This document shows positions 18,599 to 26,775 of a stretch of 64,000 nt of DNA, piece by piece. The notes under the pieces are model-generated. The model made no database searches. It was given only the letters and a program-made list of their open reading frames with translations, and was not told where the DNA came from. The position numbers and the translations under genes are program-made. Source of the stretch: Verrucomicrobiia bacterium (lineage in GTDB: Bacteria > Verrucomicrobiota > Verrucomicrobiia > Limisphaerales > UBA1319); assembly GCA_963664225.1 (NCBI GenBank), contig OY760937.1, forward strand, positions 3,872,001 to 3,936,000. The letters are read 5' to 3'. Position 1 is the first letter of the stretch. Each line of letters opens with the position of its first letter.

Positions 18599-20211
18599 TG
18601 AACAATCGGCTCGTCTTGGGCCTCTTTGCGGTGGTTTGCCTGGCGTTCGCCTTGCGGACCACGCAATTGGACAATCGGCCCATGCATACCGACGAGTCGG
18701 TTCATGCCAGCAAGTTTCAAGGGCTGTGGGAACTCGGGACGTATCAATACGATCGCAACGAGTACCACGGCCCTTCTCTTTATTACGCAACGCTTCCTGT
18801 GGCGTGGATGAGTCACGCCAAGTCTTTCGCGCAACTTCCTGAGTCCGTTTTGCGCCTCGTTCCGGCCCTATTCGGTGTCGCTCTTATTTTATTGCTCGGA
18901 TTCATAGTGGACGGCCAGGGGCGCGCGGCTGTTTTCTGGTCGGCTCTTTTCACTGCGGTCTCTCCAGCCATGGTGTTTTACAGCCGTTATTACATCCATG
19001 AGATGCCCTTTCTCTTTTTCACTTTTCTTCTCATGGTGGCCGCGTGGCGGTATTCCCGTAATTCGCGGTTGAGCTGGATGATTCTGGCCGGCGTGGCGCT
19101 GGGATTGATGCAGGCGACCAAGGAGACCTTTGTCTTTAACATCGCCGCGATGGTTCCGGCGGCGGGCCTCGTGTGGTGGTTGGAACATCGCCGTGCAAAG
19201 ACGCAATCGAGCTCCCTTTCGGCGGCTGACCAGCCCGGTCAAACGTCGTCTTTTTCGTTCAAGCCCGGCCATTGGATTTTGGGCATTCTGGCCGCAGCGG
19301 TTGTTTCCGTGACCCTCTTTTCCTCATTTTTCACCAATGCGGCAGGTCCGCTGGATTCCATTCGAACCTACCTGCCATGGATGAGTCGCGCGGGGGGGCA
19401 GAGTCCGCACAATCACCCGTGGTATTATTATTTGGAACTCATCGGATGGACCCACCGCTCCAAAAATCTGGTCTGGTCCGAGGGATTGATCCTTGGCCTT
19501 GCGGTCCTTGGAATGATCGCCGGATTTCTGAGAAAGGGTCTGGAGGAAAAGCATGTCCCCTGGGTGCGCTTCGTGGCGGTTTACACGTTGCTGCTGACCG
19601 CGGTTTATTCAGTCATTTCCTACAAGACTCCGTGGTGTCTGCTCGGATTCTTGCACGGATTCATTCTGCTGGCGGGCATTGGGGCGGCTGTTCTTATCCG
19701 ATCCTTCCGGCCTGTGGCGGTGAAAGTCATTATCGGGCTTATGTTGGTTGGGGCCACAGTCCAATTGGGGGGGCAGGCCTGCCGGGCGGCGTTTGTTTAT
19801 TCGTCTGATCCGCGCAATCCCTATGTCTATGCCCACACCCTGCCGGACCTGGTGGAGATGACGGAAAAAATCAAAACCATCTCGCAGGCTGACTCCAGGG
19901 GCGCTGATTTGCCCATTAATATCATCGCAGCAGGGGGGGATTACTGGCCGCTGCCGTGGTATCTGCGCGAGCTCACCAATACGGGTTACTACGCGGATGT
20001 GCCGACCAATCGGAGTCCGGCCATCATCGTCAACTCGCCGAAATTCGCACCTGTTCTGGACGCTCGTCTGACCAATGGCTTTGCGGATGCCGGTCTGTTC
20101 GGTCATCGTCCGGCGGTATTTCTTCAGTTGCGGGTTGAAAAGGGCCTCTGGAAGAAATACCTGGAATCGAAGTCGGTCCCATCCAAATCCGGGTTCCAAC
20201 CCGGCGGCTGA
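18598..20211 (+). CDS. TIGR03663/Agl23-like GT-C membrane glycosyltransferase-like protein
   Basis: multi-TM; 'RPMHTDESVHA', 'YHGPSLYY', 'SPAMVFYSRY', 'ATKET', 'YKTPW'; TAATG overlap with the upstream gene. Confidence 0.75.
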   Translation: MNNRLVLGLFAVVCLAFALRTTQLDNRPMHTDESVHASKFQGLWELGTYQYDRNEYHGPSLYYATLPVAWMSHAKSFAQLPESVLRLVPALFGVALILLLGFIVDGQGRAAVFWSALFTAVSPAMVFYSRYYIHEMPFLFFTFLLMVAAWRYSRNSRLSWMILAGVALGLMQATKETFVFNIAAMVPAAGLVWWLEHRRAKTQSSSLSAADQPGQTSSFSFKPGHWILGILAAAVVSVTLFSSFFTNAAGPLDSIRTYLPWMSRAGGQSPHNHPWYYYLELIGWTHRSKNLVWSEGLILGLAVLGMIAGFLRKGLEEKHVPWVRFVAVYTLLLTAVYSVISYKTPWCLLGFLHGFILLAGIGAAVLIRSFRPVAVKVIIGLMLVGATVQLGGQACRAAFVYSSDPRNPYVYAHTLPDLVEMTEKIKTISQADSRGADLPINIIAAGGDYWPLPWYLRELTNTGYYADVPTNRSPAIIVNSPKFAPVLDARLTNGFADAGLFGHRPAVFLQLRVEKGLWKKYLESKSVPSKSGFQPGG

Positions 20212-20495
20212 ATTCTTGAGAGGGTGGGTCGTCTAAAAGGCGGTTCCAGAAATCGACCCAACTCAGCCTGCGGTCAACCCGGTTGACCAGCGTTCAACCG
20301 AAAGTCAACCGGTTGAACGCAAAAATCCACTCCTTGCGGGCGCATCGCGCGTCCGCTTCCATAAGTGCGTGAGAGTATCCCGGCTGGAGAGACCGTATTC
20401 AACGAAAAACGAAACTCGGACACATCGTTTTATGGTTCGTTTTGGTTGGATCCAGGGATGCTTCCGACGGACGCGACCCGGAATTTACAATCCAC

Positions 20496-20524
20496 TTGAA
20501 ATAAAGGGTTTTCCGAATTAGTTT
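20496..20524 (+). promoter_or_regulatory. putative sigma70 promoter of nuoB
   Basis: TTGAAA, 17-nt spacer, TAGTTT, 37 nt before the ATG. Confidence 0.5.
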
Positions 20525-20561
20525 GCCCGCTAACAAGGGCCGCCTACACCGGCCATTCCAA

Positions 20562-21071
20562 ATGCAAAGTTCAACTGAAATTGGCTACGATGCCAAAGGC
20601 GAAAGCGATGTGATCATTTCCCGCGTCGATGCGCTTTTAAATTGGTGCCGCAAGAACTCCTTGTGGCCCATGCCGATGGGACTGGCCTGCTGCGCCATCG
20701 AGTTGATGGGCACCGCCGCCAGCCGGTATGATATTTCCCGCTTTGGCGCTGAAGTGATGCGTTTTTCCCCAAGACAGTCCGATGTGATGATTGTCGCCGG
20801 CACGGTGACCTATAAAATGGCGCTGGCCGTCAAACGCATTTATTTGCAGATGGCGGCTCCCAAATATGTGATCGCGATGGGCGCCTGCGCCTCGACGGGC
20901 GGGATGTATCGCAGTTATTCGGTGCTCCAGGGGGTGGACAAAGTCATTCCAGTGGATGTGTATGTTGCGGGTTGCCCCCCGCGACCTGAGGCGTTGTTGG
21001 ACGCTCTTTTGAAATTGCAGGACAAAGTCTCACGGGAGCCGGTCATCCGCACACAGAAACAAGTGGCCTGA
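20562..21071 (+). CDS. nuoB: NADH-quinone oxidoreductase subunit B
   Basis: 'GLACCAIE', 'SPRQSD', 'GACASTGG', 'GCPPRPE'. Confidence 0.97.
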   Translation: MQSSTEIGYDAKGESDVIISRVDALLNWCRKNSLWPMPMGLACCAIELMGTAASRYDISRFGAEVMRFSPRQSDVMIVAGTVTYKMALAVKRIYLQMAAPKYVIAMGACASTGGMYRSYSVLQGVDKVIPVDVYVAGCPPRPEALLDALLKLQDKVSREPVIRTQKQVA

Positions 21072-21084
21072 AAAATCACGCAAT

Positions 21085-21666
21085 ATGGCCGCCATCGATT
21101 TAGCAAACCAACTGCAAAAGCTTTTCCCGGGGATCATTGGCGCCCCTGGCGAATTTCGCGGGGAGGCCACGCTGGTGGTTTCCGATGCCCAAAAAATGGC
21201 GGATGTTTGCGCCCAGGCCCGCGATGCGCTGAAATTTGATTATCTGGTCGATATCTCCAGCGTGGACCGCTATGGGGACGATCCCCGGTTCTCGGTCGTT
21301 TACGAACTTTACAGCCACACTCACCACGAGTATTTGCGCCTCAAAACGGAGGTGTCCGAGGAAAAATCCGAGCTGCCCAGTGTGGCCGGACTCTGGAGTG
21401 GAGCGAATTGGCACGAGCGCGAGATTTTTGACATGATGGGCATTCGTTTTACCGGCCATCCGGATTTGCGGCGCATCATCATGTGGGAAGGCTATCCGCA
21501 TCATCCCTTGCTCAAGGATTTCCCGGTGGCGGGCAAGCCGACGGACCTGCCTGAGGTGGCCTTTTCCGAACCAGCCCCGATTGAAGGCGGCCCCTTCATT
21601 ACGGCGACGGGCACGGCCGACGCAGGCCAGCGTGAACCCCGGGCCCATGAAAGCGCGGCCGATTGA
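21085..21666 (+). CDS. nuoC: NADH-quinone oxidoreductase subunit C
   Basis: 'ANWHEREIFDMMGIRFTGHPDLRRI', 'HPLLKDFP'. Confidence 0.96.
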   Translation: MAAIDLANQLQKLFPGIIGAPGEFRGEATLVVSDAQKMADVCAQARDALKFDYLVDISSVDRYGDDPRFSVVYELYSHTHHEYLRLKTEVSEEKSELPSVAGLWSGANWHEREIFDMMGIRFTGHPDLRRIIMWEGYPHHPLLKDFPVAGKPTDLPEVAFSEPAPIEGGPFITATGTADAGQREPRAHESAAD

Positions 21667-21689
21667 CAGGCCCCAACAACAAAAGCGCG

Positions 21690-22940
21690 ATGCCAACCGT
21701 TCAAGAACACCAATTTGCAGACGCCGCAAGAGCCGAGTCGGCGCAGAATTTCGCTCTGCCCGAACCGCTCGGCGAGAAAATGGTCCTCAACATGGGGCCG
21801 TCTCATCCCGCCACGCACGGCGTGCTGCGGATCGTTCTCGAACTCGACGGCGAGGAGATTCTCAAGGCGACCCCGGATATTGGTTATTTGCACCGCGGTG
21901 ATGAAAAGATCGCGGAGAATATGACCTACACGCAGTTTATTCCCTACACCGACCGCCTGGACTACCTGGCGCCGCTGGCCAATAACGTGGCCTATGCGCT
22001 GGCGGTGGAGAAACTGCTGGGAATCGATAAAAAGCTGACCGAGCGCTGCCAATACATCCGGGTCATCTGCTGTGAAATGGCGCGCATTTCCTCGCATTTG
22101 CTGGGGTTGGGCTGTTACGCCATGGATTGCGGGGCCATGACCGTGTTTTTGCATACGTTTACGGAGAGGGAGAAGATTTATAATTTGTGTGAGTCGCTGA
22201 CGGGGGCGCGATTTACGACCAGTTACACACGGATTGGAGGGCTATCTCGCGATTTACCAACAGGTTGGACCGATCAACTGCGGCGATTTCTCGAAGAAGT
22301 GGTGGTTGTGGTGGAGGATGTGGATAAGATGCTCACGCGCAACAGGATATTCGTGGATCGCACCCGAAATGTGGGGGTGATCACGCGCGGTCAAGCGGTT
22401 GACTACGGGTTGACCGGGCCGAATCTTCGCGCCAGCGGCGTGGACCACGATTTGCGCAAGTCCAATCCCTATCTCTGTTACCCTGAGCTTTCGTTCGATG
22501 TGCCGACTGGCACGGCAGGTGATTGCTATGAGCGTTACCTGGTGCGCATGGAGGAACTCCGCCAGAGCGTGCGGATTCTGCACCAATGCCTGGATCAGCT
22601 CCCCGGAGGACCGATCAACGTGGCCGACAACAAGATTGTCCTGCCGCCCAAGGAAAAGGTGCTCACCCGGATGGAGGAATTGATCCACCAGTTCATGCTG
22701 GTGACCGAGGGGGTGAATGCGCCTCCCGGCGAGATTTATTTTGGCGCTGAGAATCCGAAGGGGGAACTGGGCTTTTATATTTGCAGCAAGGGCGGGGGAA
22801 CGCCTTTCCGCCTGAAGATCCGTTCGCCCTCATTTGTATCCATCAGCGTCTTGCAGCATCTGCTGCCGGGCCACATGATCAGCGACGTGACGGCCATTCT
22901 GGGATCGTTGGATTTTGTGATGGGAGAATGTGACCGTTAA
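21690..22940 (+). CDS. nuoD: NADH-quinone oxidoreductase subunit D
   Basis: 'NMGPSHPATHGVLR', 'GYLHRG', 'RLDY', C-terminal 'DFVMGECDR'. Confidence 0.97.
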   Translation: MPTVQEHQFADAARAESAQNFALPEPLGEKMVLNMGPSHPATHGVLRIVLELDGEEILKATPDIGYLHRGDEKIAENMTYTQFIPYTDRLDYLAPLANNVAYALAVEKLLGIDKKLTERCQYIRVICCEMARISSHLLGLGCYAMDCGAMTVFLHTFTEREKIYNLCESLTGARFTTSYTRIGGLSRDLPTGWTDQLRRFLEEVVVVVEDVDKMLTRNRIFVDRTRNVGVITRGQAVDYGLTGPNLRASGVDHDLRKSNPYLCYPELSFDVPTGTAGDCYERYLVRMEELRQSVRILHQCLDQLPGGPINVADNKIVLPPKEKVLTRMEELIHQFMLVTEGVNAPPGEIYFGAENPKGELGFYICSKGGGTPFRLKIRSPSFVSISVLQHLLPGHMISDVTAILGSLDFVMGECDR

Positions 22941-22964
22941 AGGGTTCAGGGAATATCGCACGAC

Positions 22965-23450
22965 ATGAGTTTCGAAATACCAGAAAAACTCGGAGCGGAG
23001 ATTGACGAACTGATCGGGCATTACCCGCAGAAACGCAGCGCGGCCCTGATGGTGCTGCACGCCTTGCAGGATCATTTTGGGTTCATATCCGATGAAGCGA
23101 TGGAATGGTCCGCCACCAAGCTGCAGGTGGAGCCGATCTCCATCTATGAAGTGGTCACTTTTTATCCGATGTTCCGCCGGGCGCCGGTTGGGCGGTATCA
23201 TTTAAAAGTCTGCCGGACGCTGAGTTGCGCGCTGGCCAATTCACACCAATTGCAGGCGCATTTGTGCGGCAAGCTCGGCCTGGATTCCCACGCGCACGGC
23301 CTCCAGACGACAGCCGACGGCAAGTTCACGGTCGAATTTGTCGAATGTCTCGCCGGTTGCGGCAGCGGGCCGATCATGATGTGCAATGATATTACGCATG
23401 AACGGGTTACACCTGAGAAAGCGGATGAGATTCTTGCGAAATGCCCATGA
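22965..23450 (+). CDS. nuoE: NADH-quinone oxidoreductase subunit E
   Basis: 'VVTFYPMF', 'VCRTLSC', 'ECLAGC' 2Fe-2S ligands. Confidence 0.96.
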   Translation: MSFEIPEKLGAEIDELIGHYPQKRSAALMVLHALQDHFGFISDEAMEWSATKLQVEPISIYEVVTFYPMFRRAPVGRYHLKVCRTLSCALANSHQLQAHLCGKLGLDSHAHGLQTTADGKFTVEFVECLAGCGSGPIMMCNDITHERVTPEKADEILAKCP

Positions 23451-23486
23451 AAATCCGCCTGAAAAAACAACAGTTTGAGGTTGAAG

Positions 23487-23560
23487 TGGCTGCCGAACAT
23501 GGATTTGAACCATGACAAACAGATCCAGAGTCTGTTGTGCTACCGTTACACCATTCGGCA
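23487..23560 (-). tRNA. tRNA-Gln (anticodon CTG)
   Basis: minus strand TGCCGAATGGTGTAACGGTAGCACAACAGACTCTGGATCTGTTTGTCATGGTTCAAATCCATGTTCGGCAGCCA: 7-bp acceptor stem, ACAGA-CTCTGGA-TCTGT anticodon arm, GGTTCAAATCC T-arm, encoded CCA. Confidence 0.95.
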
Positions 23561-23574
23561 AACAACCGAGGCAC

Positions 23575-23602
23575 AGCTTAGATTTTTTATCGACGGAGTC
23601 AA
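23575..23602 (-). promoter_or_regulatory. promoter of the antisense tRNA-Gln
   Basis: minus strand TTGACT, 16-nt spacer, TAAGCT, 14 nt upstream of the tRNA 5' end. Confidence 0.65.
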
Positions 23603-23634
23603 GCCCCTCGCTTGAGACCGACGCACAATAATTT

Positions 23635-25071
23635 ATGCCCGAGGAATATCGCCTGATTTTAAAGCACGTTGACGAGCCGGGCTACACGACGGACATCGAA
23701 TGCTATTTGCGGCATGGCGGCTACGCCACGCTGACGCGGGCGCTCACCGTCGAACCGGTGGCCACGGGCGCGGGAGAGCCGCTGTCGGCTCCGGCGCAGA
23801 TTCGTCAGGAAGTGAAGATTTCCGGTCTGCGGGGTCGTGGCGGCGCGGGATTTCCCTGCGGCACCAAGTGGTCGTTCATCGATCCCAAGACCACCAAACC
23901 CGTTTATCTGATCTGCAACGCGGATGAATCGGAGCCGGGCACATTCAAGGATCGCCAGATCATTTACAAGGATCCCCACCAGCTCATCGAGGGGATGATC
24001 CTGTCCTGCTACGCGAACAACGTTCACCTGGCCTATATCTACATTCGCGGCGAATTTGTGGAGGGGGCACGCATTCTCAATCGCGCGTTGAGCGAGGCGC
24101 GGTCGAAGAACTATCTCGGCAAAAACATTCTCGGCAAAGGCTACGATCTCGAGATTCACGTTCATCGGGGCGCGGGCGCGTATATTTGCGGCGAGGAAAC
24201 CGGCCTCATCGAGTCTCTGGAAGGCAAGCGTCCGTACCCACGGATCAAACCGCCTTATTTTCCGGCGGTGATGGGCCTCTACCTGTGCCCCACCATCGTC
24301 AACAACGTGGAAACGCTTTGCGCGGTCCGACATATCCTCGAAATGGGTGGTTCGGAGTATGCCAAACTGGGAACACGCACGGACCCGGGCACGCGCATCA
24401 TCAGCGTCAGCGGCCATGTCAAAAATCCCGGATACTTCGAGATTCAGATCGGGCAGTTCACGCTGGGACAGATCATCAACGATCTGGCGGGCGGATTGCG
24501 CGATGGGCATACCCTCAAGGCGGTCATTCCCGGTGGTTCCTCGGCCAAGATTCTGAAGGCCGGTGAAAAGTACAAGCTCAAAATCAAGAAGGCCGATGGC
24601 AAGGAAGACGAGCGCGAAGTCGGTCTGATGGATTTGCCCTACGATGCGGATTCCCTTCAGGCGGCTGGGTCGATGGGCGGTTCCGGCGCGATCATCGTGA
24701 TGGACGATTCCACCGACATGGTCGCCGCCCTGGCCAACATCAGCGCCTTTTACGCGCATGAAAGCTGCGGCCAATGCACGCCGTGCCGCGAGGGATCGCT
24801 GTGGATGAGCAAGGCACTGAACCGGTTGAGCAGTGGCGATGGGGGACGCAAACAGGATGCCGATTACCTGCTGCACATCGCCAATAACATTCCCGGCGGC
24901 CGCACCATTTGCGCCTTTGGCGAGGCGTGTTCCTGGCCGGTCCAAAGTTTCCTGGCCAAGTTCAAAGGCGAATTCGAAGCCAGAGGGGCTGCGGCTGAAG
25001 CCAGAGGGGCTGCGGCCGAAGTCAGCCGGGCTGCCGACGCCAAAACGGCGGAACCGACGCCTCACGCTTAA
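23635..25071 (+). CDS. nuoF: NADH-quinone oxidoreductase subunit F
   Basis: 'SGLRGRGGAGFP', 'NADESEPGTFKDR', 'GAGAYICGEET', 'HESCGQCTPCREG'. Confidence 0.97.
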   Translation: MPEEYRLILKHVDEPGYTTDIECYLRHGGYATLTRALTVEPVATGAGEPLSAPAQIRQEVKISGLRGRGGAGFPCGTKWSFIDPKTTKPVYLICNADESEPGTFKDRQIIYKDPHQLIEGMILSCYANNVHLAYIYIRGEFVEGARILNRALSEARSKNYLGKNILGKGYDLEIHVHRGAGAYICGEETGLIESLEGKRPYPRIKPPYFPAVMGLYLCPTIVNNVETLCAVRHILEMGGSEYAKLGTRTDPGTRIISVSGHVKNPGYFEIQIGQFTLGQIINDLAGGLRDGHTLKAVIPGGSSAKILKAGEKYKLKIKKADGKEDEREVGLMDLPYDADSLQAAGSMGGSGAIIVMDDSTDMVAALANISAFYAHESCGQCTPCREGSLWMSKALNRLSSGDGGRKQDADYLLHIANNIPGGRTICAFGEACSWPVQSFLAKFKGEFEARGAAAEARGAAAEVSRAADAKTAEPTPHA

Positions 25072-25088
25072 ACTGGAATAACAATCAC

Positions 25089-26771
25089 ATGTCCACCGCT
25101 CCAGCATCGAATCCAGCCCCGGCCGGCATCACCGTCAAAGTGAATGGCAAGCCGGTCGAGATGCCCCGCACCACGCCCCATCCGGTGACCGGTCAGCCCA
25201 CGCCCACCACGATGATCCAGGCCTGCGAGGTCGTGGGGGCGATGGTGCCGCATTATTGCTACCATCCCAAACTGCCAGTGGCGGGCAATTGCCGCATGTG
25301 CCTCGTGGAATACGGCACACCGGCGCTGGGCCCGGACCGCAAACCGGTCCTGAATCCCGATGGCACGCCCATGATCAACAAGGCGCGCAACCCGGCCATC
25401 GCCTGCGCCACGCCCATTTCACCGGGAATGGAGATTTACACGGACACCCCGAACGTCAAGGCGATGCGCGAGGGGGTGCTGGAGTTTCTGCTGATCAACC
25501 ATCCGCTGGATTGCCCGATTTGCGATCAGGCCGGGGAATGCAAGTTGCAGGAATACTCGGTGGATTACGGACAGGGCGCGAGCCAGTTCGCGGAGGAAAA
25601 GGTTCACAAGCCCAAGCAGTTTGACCTAGGGCCGCGGATCATGCTCGATGACGAGCGCTGCATCCTGTGCTCCCGGTGCATCCGGTTCACACGCGATATT
25701 GTAGGGGACGACGCGCTGGGATTCATCAATCGCGGCAGTTACAACACGCTCACGCGGTATCCCAACCGGACGTTCGATAATAATTACACGCTCAACACGG
25801 TGGACATCTGTCCCGTGGGGGCGCTGACCTCGAAGGATTTTCGTTTTCAGATGCGCGTCTGGTTCCTCAAGGAAACGCGCAGCATCTGCACGAGTTGCGG
25901 CACGGGTTGCAGTATCGTGATCGGATCGCGCGAGAATAAAATTCTGCGTTATGTGCCGCGCGACAACGACGCGGTCAATTCCTCCTGGATGTGCGACAGC
26001 GGACGCCTCAATTACAAATGGGTCGGCCGGGAGGATCGCCTGGTCAAGGTTCAGAAAAAATCGCCCAACGCGCTGGCCCAGCCGGTTTCGTGGCGCTCCG
26101 CCGTGGAGGAGATCGGCCAAATCATGCGTGTGGCGCTGCCGGGTACCGTGGCCATCATTGCGTCGGCGAGGCAATCCAACGAGGAGCTTTTCCTTTTGTC
26201 CAGGCTGGCTCAAAAATGGTCCGCGGTCACCGATTCGCTTCCCCGCCGGGGTGAGGCGGACAAATTATTGGTGAACGCGGATAAGAATCCCAACACGAAC
26301 GGCGCGCGAATCATGGGGCTCGCGCCGGAGGTGCCGGGTTCCAATATCGAGGTGATCAAAACGGGCATCACGGCCGGAACCATCAAGGTCATGATCGTCG
26401 CGGGCGACAACATTGCATCGGTTATTGAACCGGCGATTTTAGGAAAGCTGGAGGCGCTCATCGTGACGGACATCCTGCCCAATGCGACGACCGCGCTGGC
26501 CCATTACCTCCTGCCCGGTTGCGCGCACGCGGAGAAGCGGGGGACGTTCATCAATGTGAAAGGCCGGCTGCAGAAGTTTCTCAAGGCGGTGGAAGCGCCG
26601 GGAGAGGCGAGGCCGGAGATTGAGTTTTTACGGGAAATCATCGAGCGCGCCACGGGCGAGACCCTGCCTGCGGACATCGAGGGGCTATTCAACATGATGG
26701 CCCGCGAGGTGCCCGCGTTGAAGGGGATCACCTGGGCCTCTGTGGGCGAAACGGGAGTGAACGTGAGTTGA
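25089..26771 (+). CDS. nuoG: NADH-quinone oxidoreductase subunit G (short form)
   Basis: 'YCYHPKL..AGNCRMCLVE', 'NHPLDCPICDQAGECKLQ', 'CILCSRC', 'CTSCGTGC'. Confidence 0.95.
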   Translation: MSTAPASNPAPAGITVKVNGKPVEMPRTTPHPVTGQPTPTTMIQACEVVGAMVPHYCYHPKLPVAGNCRMCLVEYGTPALGPDRKPVLNPDGTPMINKARNPAIACATPISPGMEIYTDTPNVKAMREGVLEFLLINHPLDCPICDQAGECKLQEYSVDYGQGASQFAEEKVHKPKQFDLGPRIMLDDERCILCSRCIRFTRDIVGDDALGFINRGSYNTLTRYPNRTFDNNYTLNTVDICPVGALTSKDFRFQMRVWFLKETRSICTSCGTGCSIVIGSRENKILRYVPRDNDAVNSSWMCDSGRLNYKWVGREDRLVKVQKKSPNALAQPVSWRSAVEEIGQIMRVALPGTVAIIASARQSNEELFLLSRLAQKWSAVTDSLPRRGEADKLLVNADKNPNTNGARIMGLAPEVPGSNIEVIKTGITAGTIKVMIVAGDNIASVIEPAILGKLEALIVTDILPNATTALAHYLLPGCAHAEKRGTFINVKGRLQKFLKAVEAPGEARPEIEFLREIIERATGETLPADIEGLFNMMAREVPALKGITWASVGETGVNVS

Positions 26772-26775
26772 GTGT

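Noticed and set aside
23487..23560. tRNA as the attachment site of an integrated element
   Set aside because: No duplicated tRNA 3' end, integrase or island-like cargo was found in the window.
23659..25107. Long antisense ORFs (also 2464-3666, 32173-33750, 54779-56011, 56272-57735, 58002-59102)
   Set aside because: These are shadow frames opposite well-supported GC-rich genes, with no recognisable motifs.
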